From Octopus sinensis (Eukaryota), in NCBI RefSeq assembly GCF_006345805.1, contig NW_021832528.1, positions 1 to 64,000 on the forward strand: DNA of 64,000 nucleotides. Direction: 5' to 3'. Shown piece after piece: positions 37,600 to 51,400 of this stretch. The notes under the pieces are model-generated. The model worked only from the letters and a program-made list of their open reading frames with translations. It searched no databases and was not told where the DNA came from. The position numbers were made by a program, and so were the translations under genes. The first letter of the stretch is position 1, and the number at the start of each line of letters is the position of its first letter.

Positions 37600-39370
37600 T
37601 TAAATGTCAAAGAACCCAAAAGGATTATTTGTCGGCTCCTGAAAGATTTGGTTGGTGGCATTTTGCTGTTGCATGGGTGGTCTCCCCGCGGGATTTGAGA
37701 AGGTCATTTCCGGAGCCGTCATTGCAAAATTATTTTGTACATCGAACATTCCAACCTGTGTGTTTGGTTGTTGCATTGGTTGTGCTTGCTGAAACATAGG
37801 CACTGGTTGCTGCTGTTGAAATGGACATGTCAGTTTTACCCAGAAAGTCCCCGATTGGCCCATGGACTGTACTGGGTCGAGGGTATTCATATTGAGAGGA
37901 TTGGTGCCTCGTGGTTGGGGAGTGCTGTACATATTTGGTTGTGTTGTTTCGTGGGCGGGCTGCATCAAATGTGAATGTTCACTGTTCTGAGTGTTGCTTG
38001 GACCAAACATGTCAAAACTACAATTTGAGCGCAGTGTACATTACGTTTGAGGAGAGACTTGATTTAGTTTTTGGTCATTGACAAAAGACGAGTCTTCAGG
38101 AAATAAGAATTCGTAATTGTTATCTGCAGAACGGATTTGTTCAGACTGACTGAGAACATTCGGCGGACGATTGCCAGTCATGTCTAAAAATAATCAAGAC
38201 ATTTTAATGACCAAATAACAAATCTTCAAGATCGCCTTTGTCAGGCTGCGGTTGAGTTTGTGGAATTTCTTGTTCCATTATTAAAAGTGGCTTGTCATTA
38301 GAACTAGGCATTATTAAACAAGCTGCACTTTAAATATGATTTCATTTCATCATAAACCCTCTCTTCTATCAACTCGACTGGAATCTCAACATTAAGCAGT
38401 TCCTGAGTGTAAGCGAAGACTTATACTTTGGCGTTCTCAAAGAGACTGGCGAATTCCTTCTGATGTCGCAGATAGCACTCAAACTCGCGCAATATTTGTT
38501 GTCCTGTGTTCTTGTCGGCGTTGTAGAACTCCTCTACGGACTCGAGTGACTCAGACAACTGAGGAGGATTGCCAACACTTTGTTGTAGCAGCAGTAGGCT
38601 TTGGAGACATCCTGGTACATCAGGTTGAAGATGAAGAGAAGCATTTTGGAGGAGAAGGTGTGTTTGTGAATCTAGGGTAGATCGACGAGCGTACTTGCGT
38701 GTCGAACGTGGATGTGGAGAGGGAATTCAGGTTGTTGCAAATGGGAAGCAACTGAAAAATAATGCAACCACAAATTACATCTTTAATCGTCTTGTCGTCA
38801 AAGTTGAGACTAGATTAGAGACCTATTAGTCACCTCGCCAAAGATTTCGTGACATCAAAGCCCAGTCTGTAGTAGGTCTCCAACTTTACCTTCAAATAGG
38901 CTGCGTAATGCTCGAGAAAATTGACGATAGTTCGATCTATCACTGCTTACAGGCCTCACTACTTTGCTCCTTCACGAGTTCGGAAAAGTTGAACAAATTG
39001 GAAAATATGGACAAGTTGGAGGTGAGGTAGAGGGCGAATCTCTAAAACAGTAAACCTGGACATGTCAACGTCTTCCCCATTTATCAGCAAATAGTGGATA
39101 GTCATCAAACTCTTTGTCACCACCAACCAGTTGGGACTGACCAGTCGTTGTTGTAGGGCCGACACAAAGTCAGGCATCGAAGTGAGCGAAGTGCGAGTGT
39201 ATGCTTCCAAGGCTTGTGGGTCAATTCTCATTACCACAACCCATCAAATGCTTTTCCTTCGGAGGGATCTCTTCTTCCGTAGTGGCCTTGACCACCGACT
39301 TGGCCAGAAGATCGCCTTTGACGATTTTGATTGCACTGTCATATCTGTCTTTGATGCTCTGCCGACTCAT
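37600..39370 (-). CDS. PICALM: Clathrin assembly protein PICALM/AP180 (ANTH domain)
   Basis: MSRQSIKDRYDSA...KSVVKATTEEEIPPKEKH, NWLVVTKSLMTIHYL, Q/P-rich tail ending NNPFGFFDI. Confidence 0.85.
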
Positions 39371-39883
39371 TTCACTTATTTCCAATTAACGAGATTTTAA
39401 ATTAATTAATTGTCCTTTAATTGTCGTGGTTCGACTAATGGCCAAAATTTTGTAAAGTAGCAAAATTGAAAAATCCAAAAAATAAATATTGTGATTTATT
39501 TATTTCTGAATCAATTAATGCTTTTATTGAAAAAGCCAGTCATAGATCATTTTTCACTTATATTCTTTCAGTAGACTGAACTAAGGGGACAACACGTTTT
39601 TTTGTTTTATAAAGGAGGAACGAGTTTTTTGAAAGATATTTTTGGCTATTTAGCGAGACTGTATGAGACAGTTATGTTGTAGAATTAATTAATTTTCATT
39701 AAAAATAAACAGAAAAGTCAACCAAATGTGGGAAGACTATTCACTGCCGGACGAGTCGTGTCAGATAATGACAGTTAATGTGTGAAATGTATAATTTAAT
39801 TAGCCTATGGAATAGTAATACGTCAAATACAAATTGGCATTGATTTTAGGGCAAAAAATAGTATTAGAAATATTATTAGAATA

Positions 39884-40302
39884 TTAGTCAGCCACTGTCG
39901 GGTTGGGAGGAGAAGGCGTGGCTTCCCCCTTGGGGGAGTACTTGTTGGCAATCCACACTGCAGGATGACTGATGATGACAACCTGAGCCGACGGTGATGA
40001 GAATAGCGAGGACTACTCCCAGACAAATCATCATCTGAGGACTCCCGAACACGACTAACCTTTATGTTCTTCCACCAATATTTTCGTTTCAGACGTGCCG
40101 CGGAGACGTTGAAGTTGGAGGCCCCTTCTTGGAGTGCCTCGGCTCGCCCGCCCAATTCGGACAACTGGACATCTCGCTCCAAGACTTTCTCGACGTTCGA
40201 CCTCATGATGTCGACCACCTCCTCCACTTGTGCTTGGGCCATTTCCAGTTTTTTGTTGGGTTGTGGGGGATTCCTAGAATTGGAAATGACAATCAGCAAC
40301 AT
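39884..40302 (-). CDS. VAMP: Synaptobrevin/VAMP R-SNARE
   Basis: [28 protein letters not shown]...[11 protein letters not shown], then [21 protein letters not shown] after two 25-nt introns. Confidence 0.92.
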
Positions 40303-43300
40303 GTCTGTGACTGATCGCTCTGACAATTTGTAATTAACTGTTTAAATACTTATTATATCAAATACGTACAAAGAGAGTCGATTTTTGTATTGAATAACTA
40401 TTAAATATATATAATATACAAAATTGTATCCCCAAAGACGGAATCCTTGGCCAATGTACCATATTGTGTTTATAAATCCAAAGTAATATTATTTATTAGA
40501 AAACATAAATTGACTGATGCATTTAGGTGGTTATGACTCGTTCTAGACCAAAGAGCATTTGAGAGAGTCAGCCTGTTTGTGTTTATTGTATGTGACTAAT
40601 CAAATGCCATCAAGTGAAAGGATTTACATCAGAACAAAAAATGCTTTTAAGGGCAGTGATTGACCATTATTCCCAATGATTCAGTCAACACGCAAAGAGA
40701 AAGTAAAATCTTGTTTTTAAATTTGTGTTAAAATTTCGGACAATATAATTTATAATCTTATAATTTTAATTAATTTGATTAAAAAATATCTACCATTTTT
40801 ATAATATTGTATTAATTTTTTTTTTTTTTTTTAATTTTATAATTTATAATTAAAAGAAAAGAAAATGGAACAGAAGTCAGCTACTAGCCGCAGAGAGATA
40901 AAGAACTAGTACGGCTAATTGAGACGCTCAAAAAGCCGATTGACTCGCGGTCGTTTCTATCCTCCCGATGATCTCTTGAGAAAACGTAGCGTGGCTGGAA
41001 TGTGCCTGTGTTTTCGACTGAAACAGGCATAGGAATCTGTCGGCGAGCGAGGCGTATTAATTATTTAATAATTATTCATTGGCTACCATGCAAAAAATAA
41101 TACAATAAAAGCTCGTGCGAATTATAATTAAATTTTATAGTCAGTGTTGGTTCATTTATTCCGCAAATTTAAATTTGAAAACAGGCAATATTTTGAAGTA
41201 ATTCAATAGAAAAAATAGTTAAGGGACTTTAATCACGAAGAAAATAATACCCGGATATCACAAATGGAAGAAAAGTAGCAACGTGGTTGTATTAGTAAAA
41301 CTAAATCACTGTGAAATGGAGGATGGATGATGTCTGTATAAATATCATTATATTGCCTTAATCATCAATACTTTTAATCATCATCTATAGTCGAAAGAAG
41401 AAAACATTTTGTTTATTTTGATTGTAGATCGCATCATATTTATATGTAATAGTTATATCTCATTTATATTCCATCTTTATAATTCTTTTTTCTATTTGGT
41501 TACTTACTGAACCATACCAGTTCCAGCAAAAATACATTTTTGTTTGAAGAAGCAATTTTATAATTGTTTCTTTCTCGCATATGTCAGTTTTCATAATCAT
41601 TCATCGAAAATATTAACTGTGCAGTCTTTTCGACAAATGACACCTAAGACCCTAATAATTAATTTAAAAGTTATAAATTTTACAATTTCATTATTTTTCT
41701 ATGGTGTTCAATAACATACATTTAATAGTACATCATTAACTAAATATGTACAATGATTTTTAACAGATAACAGGCATTCTGTTAAAAATCATTAATTAAT
41801 GTCGGCTTATTTAATAAGAGAACTTCAAATTCTCTCATGACACAATAGCCAATAATATAAAAATTGAGTCTTTTAAAGAAGAAAATTTCTTCTCCGCGCT
41901 CTGAAAGATTCTAAAAATGAGATCGCATATTTTCCGTATGTTCATTATACTCTAATTACATAAAATTAGAAAATATACTCGTAAAAATTATTCCCGTGGG
42001 TATTATATATTTTCTTAAAACATTTGTGTTCATCATATTGAAAATGCATTAATGCTAGATTATTTAATAAGCGAATAAAAAGTTTGCCCATAAGACTTGT
42101 ACAAAACACTAATAATCATAAATTCACTTATTAGGGTATGCCATTTGAGTAGATCATTTTTAATTATTCAGACCCATTGCCGATCTCAATAATATAATTG
42201 AGTAATGCAACCTGTATAACACATTTGTGGAATATGCAGTCTATAAATTTTTTTATCAATGTACACGAATTGAATAGATGAATAGGCTTCATCTAAATAA
42301 AAATAGATTGCAATACTATAATTGAATATAGATTTGATCTATCTAATGCAAGCTGTATAATGAATTTTTTAGCCAAAGTCGTTAAATTCATTTATTAATG
42401 TAGGCCATGCTTAGTAGATTATTTTAATCATCCAGACTGTTGGTCGATCTCAATAATATAATTGAGTATAAAAGATACCGATCCAGGCATAATAAAATTT
42501 AGGCCTGACTGTCACGAGAATTTATTCTCGAAAGGTATATAACGTTCGAAAAAATACAATCGCATATTTTTCCTATCTTCATTATATTTGAATTACATAA
42601 AATTATACAAAAATACTTGTACAAATTATACCCGTAAGGTATCATATAATTTCTATTTATATTAAAAGATATTACATAATCGTAGTTGCCTAATAGTTAT
42701 TACATCTTTTATTATTCCTTTTTTATTTTGTTACTTTCTGAAACAGCAGTTTCAGCTTATATAATCATTTTTAAAAATTCTTCAACAGCAGAATGCAATG
42801 GTTTGCTACCACTAAAAAAATATTCAAGGAAATGAATTATTTACTCTAAAATTTCTATTTCAAATTTCTAACCTGTTGTATATTTTGATTGAAATATTAA
42901 TTTCCAGTATTCCAGAAAATGGTCATTAAATTTGAAGATTTAGACGCCCCGAGAATCTACGATGCATTTCCTTCAAGGATCCCAAATCTCTTGTATACCC
43001 AAGCTGTTTCCTGCGTTATTGATTTAGTACTAAAATATCTTTCACTGTTTTGACTTTTTTATTTAAAAACTATATTTTTTGTTTTTACGCAAATATGAGG
43101 AAATAAAAGCAGTAATACAGTATGACCCCGGTTTGGGGCAGACCCCAGGGATGGTCCACCCTCGGTTTTTGGAGCAGTTTTAAAAAACATGAAAAAAAAT
43201 TTCTACAAAAATAAATTAAGAATCATTTAAGGTTAAGACATCAAATGGATGGCTCGGCCGGTTCAAGTAAAGGCACGAGGTACTATTCAAAACTATAAGT

Positions 43301-43495
43301 GAAGAAAAGAATTCGTCTGACCCTCCTTCATTATCCAATTTTTTCTCTGATTATGAAAACTGTTAGGAAACTGTAGGAAATGAAAAAATTTTTAAATGTA
43401 CAAAACTACTTTATACATACAGCGAACGCCGGCGAAATCTTTTGTTCATTCTAATAGCAAATGCAATGTAAATAAAAAGAGTAAAGAGAACGTTT

Positions 43496-43700
43496 ACCTC
43501 CACCTCAACCCGGCCGATGCAGTACATGACATTCATATATATGGGAGAGTCCCCTGATGGTCGACCGGGGGCTGTCTCGAATTGGTCGTTCGCAATGGAC
43601 ATCTCATCTCCACCACTTCCTCCCGTCATACCCGGGGGACGACCCTTTCATTCTTCGCGAATGTCCCCATATCTTATTCGGGGGACCTTCTAAGGCAGGA
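43496..43700 (+). pseudogene. DNA polymerase delta subunit 2 C-terminal fragment (stop and frameshift)
   Basis: AVHDIHIYG*..CLELVVRNGHL then SYPGDDPFILRECPHILFGG, matching the POLD2 NVxDIxxY...LExxLxxRH...YP..DPFI..CPHVYF region. Confidence 0.5.
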
Positions 43701-44334
43701 AAAAACGAGGAGATTAGCTCTCAAGGTGGTTTTTGGCGTAAATCTAGAAGAGAAAATACCGAGCTGTCAGGAAACTTTTCCTATGATTGGTGACCTTGTC
43801 GAAAGCCAGTTCTGGAATGTGAGAGTGAGAGAAGGCGAGGAGTGATATGTCAAGTAGACAACCTGTCGACTACTGGCATAGCAGCTGGAATGTGAATGAA
43901 CAGACTGGTGATGGCCATCGGGGACTTGGAGAATGGTGTCGTGGAGGAGTGTGAGTGCAGGAGAAGGACCGTCTCCTAAGTTGCGTGTCTAGAGTAGTGT
44001 GACCTTGCCAACACACCCAGCAAGAAAAGCATTGAATATATTGAGTAGCGAAAGGGTAGGCGAGTCGTTCCTCCAATTCTTGGTCCAATTCGAAGTAGTT
44101 GCGGAGGGATTAGTAGGCAATGAGTGGTGAGGACAGAAATATACTAGCCCCGTGAATCATCTATCAGGCAGGCATATTCGAATCACACAGTTGGACGACA
44201 ATGGGGATAGGCCCAGCAAGCACATCACCATCTCCTATCAATCAGCCGAGTCGATCCTTCAAGTTGAATTGAATGATATAAGAAGGGAGTGAGATGAGTC
44301 AAACAGTCGAAAGGTCAGGACAAATTTAAAAAAC

Positions 44335-44461
44335 ATGAGGTGGCCACTGCGAATGAGAAATTCGAGACAGTCGAGTTCCCCCGGTCGACCATTAGGGGAC
44401 TCTCGCATATATATAAATGCCATTTACTGCATTGGCCGGGTTTAACACGAGGTGGAGGTTG
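44335..44461 (-). pseudogene. Second, inverted POLD2-like fragment
   Basis: Reverse complement aligns to 43496-43607 with two short indels; reads NAVNGIYIYARVP*..ELDCLEFLIRSGHL. Confidence 0.45.
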
Positions 44462-44625
44462 ACGAGTGGATATACATATACCAGTCGGGGAGTGTTGTGT
44501 GGTGACAGGCAGGGCAGACCATTCAGTTGTCCCACCCATTGTGGACATATCTGTGGGGGATGACTATATATTTTGTTGTTTCCCATTTACTTATTATTAA
44601 TTATTTAAATAGACTACAACTAGGC

Positions 44626-46741
44626 ATGTTCGGAATAGTGGTTGATCAAGAAAATACGAGTTTTGTAGACGACTATGCAGAGTTCATTAACACACAGTTA
44701 GTTTGTGTTGTAATGCAAGATTTGGATATTTGGTGACCCCCCTGAATTGGCTGGGGGAGAGTGGAGAGTACCACATCAACGACATTGAAATGGGCCGTGC
44801 ATTCCCTGGTTGATAACCCGTGTTACATTAGACTGGCAACACAAAACACAAATCAGGATTAATATTTCGACAGTTTGTGCCTCCCCCACTTGCGAGGAAT
44901 TGGAGAGAAATCTGAAAGTGAGTGTTGTGGTGATGGAAGGGTTATCTGGACTACTTGGGGTACTGCGAATACTTGGAAGTGAATGTGATTCATTTGGAGG
45001 GGATTAGTTGTGGTGTGAATGTCATCCAGACCGTGATGGCCACTCTCGAACACTTCAAGGGGACGGTTGTCTTTATATATTATTGCTGATTATTGTACAA
45101 ATGGAAGGAATGAGTTCGGAGTGGTGGCACTGCTGGAATAATATACGAACATGTTGTGGGTACAACCCTCTTCTTGCTCTCTCTCTCCTTCTCCCACCCG
45201 ACCTCCCTCATCACCTCACCACCTGGTTTGCCGAGCCTGTCAAAGTCCTCATTCTCACTCCTCCAGTCTTCATTACCCACCAAACTGGCCAATCCATTCT
45301 GTCCGATCAACACAGCCAAACTGTCATTTCATTCTTTAAGGTCACTCAGACTGTATATTTCAGAATTCATGTGATGTTGCTCTTTCTGGGTTTGAGATGG
45401 GGAATAAATTGACACAACAAGTGCACGATTACCTGTCCTTTCTTAAGAGAAAAAGTGGGGAGTTTGCTTCTGTTTTTGAGGAATATGCCCAGCAATATAA
45501 CAATATTCTCCAACACCCCATCCAAGTTGCCACTTTTTGACAATCTCAGCCTCTCAGTGAGAATTTGTCCACGGATATGTACAGGACGTTCGAACTCGAC
45601 AGGGTTAAGTATGACAAGTACCAGCAGGTAATAATATTCATTTGTAATTTCATTTATACCATTTTAAACTAAATTCCTTAATTATATAATGTACTATTAT
45701 TAATAATGATTATTTTAAGGCAGTCTACCATGCTCTTCTGGACCTGGTGTCGTTTGATGAGAAAGCACATAAAGTGGTGTGAGTGACCTTCCTGGCCATA
45801 GTTTAGAACAATCGTGGTGGTGGGGGCAGGGAGGGGTCCCCTGGTGACCTCCTCACTGAAGGCAGCCCAGTCGGCGGACAGGAGAGTGAGGATCTACGCA
45901 GTGGAGAAGAACATGAATGCAGTGTCCGCGTATGACACAACCAGCTATTTAAGATTGCAATATTTGAATCGAGTTGAGTGGAATGGACAGGTGCACATCA
46001 TTTCGGGGGATGTCCGCCACTTGTCCTTCCCAACCAAGGCCGACATCATCCTTTCCGAGTTGTTGGGCTCCTTCGGCGACAACGAACTGTCCCCAGAGGT
46101 CCTCGTTGGCTTGGAACGTCATCTCTCCGGTTGTCTGTTTTCCGTGATTGAGGAAAAGGGAATAATGATTCCGCGGTCGTACTCCTCCTATTTGTCCCCA
46201 ATCATGTCCCATAAATTCTTCTGTGAGTTGTCCTCCTTCGCAGACCGGGTCATTTTCGTTTGAGTACTCCAGAATGTGTACCACGTGATGTATGTCGTGA
46301 GGTTACTCAGTTTGTACACCATTTGCCCCCCAAAAGAGGTGTGGGGGTTCCTCCACCCTTCCAAGGGTTCATTTCTTCTCTCATTTGGCCAGACTCCACT
46401 TCCAGAATGAACATTTTGGAGTTTGAGGTACCGCGGGCGGCAGTCCTCCACGGATTCAACGGGTTTTTTGTGGCCAATTTGTATAAACACGTGGATCTGA
46501 GTATTTTGCCTGACAGTCACACTCCGGGACTGGTCAGTTGGTTTTCCGTGGTCTTCCCGTTGGAGGTATTCGTGGGTGACCTGAGCAGAGCCCCGTCGAG
46601 GTGAGTGCCGGGCAGACCATTCGACTGGCCATATGGAGGAAGGTTTCGGGGGTGAAGGTCTGGTATGAGTGGATGTTGCGCAGTCCTGCCAATTCCGTCA
46701 TTCACAATCGCAACGGATGTGCTGATTCCATGCATTTGTAG
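44626..46741 (+). CDS. PRMT5: Protein arginine N-methyltransferase 5
   Basis: QHPIQPLSENL...YRTFELDRVKYDKYQQA, VVGAGRGPLV, YAVEKN, SELLGSFGDNELSPE, KVWYEW...IHNRNG; micro-introns plus one 92-nt AT-rich intron at 45628-45719. Confidence 0.93.
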
Positions 46742-46894
46742 ATACTTTTTGTACTCTTTTGTTCTTGTCCTTTAAATAGCCACCCAGTTTAATCCGTGGA
46801 AATTGTAGGTTAAGGAACTCAAGAACGGCCTCTCATAAAGATTGCATCAGACCTCACCGAATTGACAAAAAGTGAATTTCTGGACTAAATTACG

Positions 46895-49800
46895 TTTTAT
46901 ATATTTAACCTGTCAGTAAGAGAATTTAAGTTGTAATGAAACGTAACATGGTCTGCTGTGAATCTACTTTCCAGTCGATTCTGAATGAAAGTGGAGGAGA
47001 AGTTTTTTGCAAATCCTAATATCTATTTCTGATTCTCGTTTTCTGTCAAATGCTCCACCGGAAGTGAACATATTTCAAAACAAAATTGTATTTTAATTTC
47101 TGTGAATAATAAAATATTTTACTTATTTATTTACTATTTGAAAACGAAAGATATACTATTTATAAAAAAAATAAGTCAATGAATTGTGAATAATTTTATC
47201 ATAAATGATCGAATTGGTGATTCTTCTAGTTTTTAAAGCTACAAAAGCTACATTAACCAATTGTGAAATATCAAAAGGCAATAATACGTTTTTTTACAAA
47301 TTTTAAAATGTTCGTAGGGCTCTTCAAAATTGCATTTATCAAACAGACGGAAGTTTTTATTCAAATATAAAAAAGCTTAAAATAAAAAAAAACGTTTTTT
47401 TTGTTGAAAGGCCAAATTTTCAAATTTTCCCATCACTTGAAATGGCGAATCACAAAATTTGCTTTTACCCGAACAATGGGGATTTCGTGGAGGAAGATCA
47501 CAACGCCTCAGGGAGTTAGAGCACCATTATCCCGTTGCTGACGAAATGAAGCATGGCTAACTGTGGTGTGTCTGATCTGGCAAAGCCTTCGATAGCGTGT
47601 GGCACCTGGGCCACTCTCCAGAATCCATGACATCGGAGCCGGGTAAAGACTATCGATGGCTGGAGAGCTTCTTGTCAGGAAGACAATCATTTGTCCGCTG
47701 TGGAAACCGCTTATCGGGTGTGTGGAACTTAGAGGGGAGTCCCGCAGGGATCTATCTTGAGTCCACTTCGTTAACCTCTCTTGGCCGACATTCCTCTGCC
47801 GTCGACACGTACTGGCAAGCTCGTTATCTATGCTGACGATATCCTGGTCATGGATACCTCGAAAAGGATATCGCAGTCTTGAGACGACTGAAATCATACA
47901 TTGCAACGCTAAAGATTTGGACTATAGAGAAGTTTTGACCCTGCACCGGAGAAGAGCACCATTCATGGTTGCGGAGAGGAAGTCGCTATGCGGAGTCGTG
48001 TGCATATGCGATGAGTAGCTATGTGATGGATCTCTCGAAAAGAAAAAATCTTTCTTACCTGGGAGCAAACCATCAACTGTCGTGGTATACGTAGAGCATT
48101 TAGCAAATCAGAGAAAGAGGAGTGTGAGATCCTCAAAAGCTAACCAGGTTCCATCTGGATCCGGAAACGTACATCTACGTATTCAAAACGTGTGTGCAGC
48201 CAGTCCTCACATAGGCTACGAGGGCTGTAGGTACGGAGGAGAGTGACTACCTGATCGAACAGTTGGAAAAGACAAGACGTTTCGCTATGAAATTGGCTTA
48301 CGGAGTACAATTGACGGAAGTTAAAAGACTCACAAGAATCCTCTGTGCCCACGATCCGGATGGTCTGGAGAATTGTCGTCAACAGACTAGTATTGGGGAT
48401 ACGCATGGGAAGAGACACTCGGTGCCTTGTTTTTATCCCCCGCGAGATTTTTCCTGTTTTTCTTTTTCTTTTCGCTCAATAAACACTATTCTATTCATCA
48501 CTGAAATATTGTTGATAATTGTCAATATATTTTTGTAGTGACTGTTATGGATCTTTGATGTATATTATGAATGACACATTTCATGAACTGGCATCATTAA
48601 ATACAGTGTACTGACTTAAATAAATAATTTTTAACTACAGGTGGCTACTTAGCTGTAGGGAATTGCAATATTTCAGTCGTTCGGCATTTTTGACTTGTTC
48701 GAGTTTGACATATCTGTATTTTTAAGTATAACAAAATTTTAGTCTTTTGCCGCAATACAAAACGTTCCGTCCGTTTATCAACATTCAATACGAAATTTAT
48801 TTTGAAATGTCTATAATGTGCCTTCAAATTAGTGATTCACAGCCAATATCGTATTCATTTCGATCTTCAAGTTTAGAATACTTGGAGGCAGGAATGCTTG
48901 GCTTATGCTAGAGTATGCCCATATCAATTTAATAGCCTAGTAGCGATTCTGTGTGGCGAATGTTTTCCGGAAATTTTACATTGACCACTTTGGGAGCCAC
49001 AGGTATGAATATTACTTATCCAAGCATGCAATGAGTGCCTCCCATACGATTCAAACAACGCCCTATGCTATAATGTCTAAAAATAATACAAATATTAACA
49101 GTTTTTCTAATAATACTAATATTCATTCCTGTTCTTAATTAACCTCACTTCCGTTATTGAAATTCTTTATCTGTTCAATTTAGTTTTTTGCAAAGTTCAA
49201 TTTTTTTCTTCAACTTTTATCCTAACTTTCCCACCCATTTAAGTGAGCGACTTCGTCCAAGATACCCGAACATTGTGGAGTAGTGTATCCCAAAGAAACT
49301 TCACCATCAGTGTTCCCGAAAACACATGCGGACCAAGGCTATGTGTCGGCTGAGTCATTTTTTATATTACTTATACAAGCTTGCAATGAGTCAAATGTCG
49401 GGGACTACGTGATATGCTCAGATATCAGGAAATGACACAAATATGACCATTCTTTTGTGTATTACTAATATTTATCCTCCTAATTAATTAAGACATTTAT
49501 TTTCTCAATCACAAATTGATCTCCCGAATAGTGTGGCATTCTTTTGAGACGTGTGGTCTCGTCGGTGAGAAGGAAAATGTATAAAAAGTGCATATTCCGT
49601 TTATTTATATATATCTCTCAAACCAAACTAGTTGCCATACTTTACCGTAAATTAATTGAAAAACAAATAAATATTGAATCAGTCTTGTATTAGTAGCAAC
49701 GACTTATTGTCTACAAAGTTGACATTCAAACTTAGTTAAAAGGCGTTTTTTTATCTAAAACACAGGCAAATAAGAAAAATGAAGGACAAGGACGTTTCAT

Positions 49801-50255
49801 TGAAGTGCAACCCACTGGTCATTTTAAAGAGGGCAATGGAGAACTGTCGGCCGGCCATGAACTGCCTTTGCTCGATCAGTAGGATTTGGTAATATTAAGA
49901 CTTTGTTGTGCTGGGGACTCCACGTGCAGTGCGATATCCTCGAGTTACGCCCACGATTTGGTATGTTGACTGACTGATTTGTAGTGTGCGAGTACTTTCG
50001 AAACTTTTATTGGATGAGTTACTATTTTAATGATTTTTAATAAAGTGAGGGTTTTTTAAACACGTTCTCATAACTTGTGCGCTAATAGCAAAAAATATTT
50101 ATTATGTATAAAGTAGTTTTCACAAAAATCTATGGTGCAAAAGTGATTCTAGTTTAAAAAAGGTTGAGAACCCCAGTTTTAAAGTGTTGGTCGTTATTAT
50201 TTTAAAACTTTCAAAACTTAACTAGTGCCTTATTATCTTTTAATTTAATAATATT
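46895..50255 (+). repeat. About 2.2-kb interspersed repeat, copy A (interrupted by a LINE)
   Basis: Colinear with 51985-53633 and inverted to 59470-61655 and 61860-64000; hAT-like end GGTTGAGAACCCCAG at about 50162-50176. Confidence 0.85.
47444..48495 (+). mobile_element. 5'-truncated non-LTR element inserted in repeat copy A
   Basis: WLESFLSGRQSFV, GVPQG-like and YADD (about 47830) motifs; 3' AATAAA; flanked by CATCAC(T)TGAAAT duplication, which is single in the uninterrupted copy at about 52496. Confidence 0.85.
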
Positions 50256-50999
50256 ATTAACCTCAAAAATTTCACAAAATAGTCAACAGTTTTCCAAGAA
50301 CAATTTATTAATAGAACATACATAGATTAATTAAGTTAATATTATTTTATTGATGTTAATCCGACATAGGCGGGGTACATCTCGTTTTTTGAGTTAAATA
50401 TCCGGAATATTGGAGGAATCCTCTCAGACAATGCCCTGATAAGAAATCGACTTCCCTGATACGAATATAACCGAGTTCATTTTTTTAAAATTGGATTTTG
50501 TCAAACTTTACAAACGGAAAACAAGCCTCAATCATAATTTTATAAAATTTACAATAAATCAGTGTTTAATTGAGGGCTTTAATCAAAAATTGACAAGAGG
50601 AATACTAAAACGATGGATAAAAAAAAACTAATTTTTTTGGGAACAATTTTTAGTCAAAGTTACTTTTTCTATGATACGCCACATTACTCGGCTAAAAGTA
50701 TATAAGAATATTTTAATATCATTCTATTGAGTAAAAGAAAATAGAATAGAATGTTCTGATGATAAATAACTATGATCCAATTTTAGTATAGAAGCGTATG
50801 CTCATCGGACATAAACGTGAATTTACAAAATAAATCTACCTTAGAGGCAGCCCTACATATCCAAGCATGCAATGAGTGCCTCCATACGATTCAGACAACG
50901 CCCTATGCTATAATGTCTATTAATATTTTTTCTTATAATACTAATATTCATTCCTGTTCTTAATTAAGCACATTTTCTTTGTCTGTTCGATTTCGTCAA

Positions 51000-51400
51000 A
51001 GGAAATGTTTAAAACTGCTTCCGTGCAAGATTTCGATGATTTTTCCATGGAGGAGAAAATGTCTGGATGGGACTAGCATGGCAGGCAGCGGAGCGTGTAC
51101 AGAAGTTTTGGCATATGCATACTGCTTTTCATGAGGAAAAAAGCGATGTGCGAGTCTTGCTCCAAAAATCTGCTTGTGAGGTTACAAAATTCCATGTCTT
51201 TCTTCGCCAGATGGGCCTTTAGGCCAGATGGGCTTAGAGGGCAGCCAAGGAATGTAGCTTCTGACATGTTGATAATCTTAATGCCTGGGATGAGATCGGT
51301 TATTGACTTTTTTGAGTCGAGAAAATTTGCCAGCAGATAGTTGTCATTCATAAGCTCACATTTTTCTTCATTTACTTCAAGCCCAAACACGCCCATTCAG
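51000..51400 (-). mobile_element. RT thumb-region relic of an RLE-type (CRE/NeSL/R2-like) non-LTR element
   Basis: GLEVNEEKCEL...FLGCPL...PKLLYTLRC. Confidence 0.55.

Noticed and set aside
41890-42660. Diverged direct repeats in an AT-rich block
   Set aside because: Real but short and degenerate, with no termini or ORF; most likely old TE debris
2864-46741. Stop-codon reassignment or programmed frameshifting to explain the fragmented ORFs
   Set aside because: Nearly all breaks examined resolve as 22-29 nt GT-AG introns, and TAA, TAG and TGA all end genes at the expected positions
48645-49138. Repeated small ORFs (MKAHYRHF..., MANVFRKF...) as a gene family
   Set aside because: Non-ATG starts and no recognisable domain; they recur only because the DNA repeat recurs
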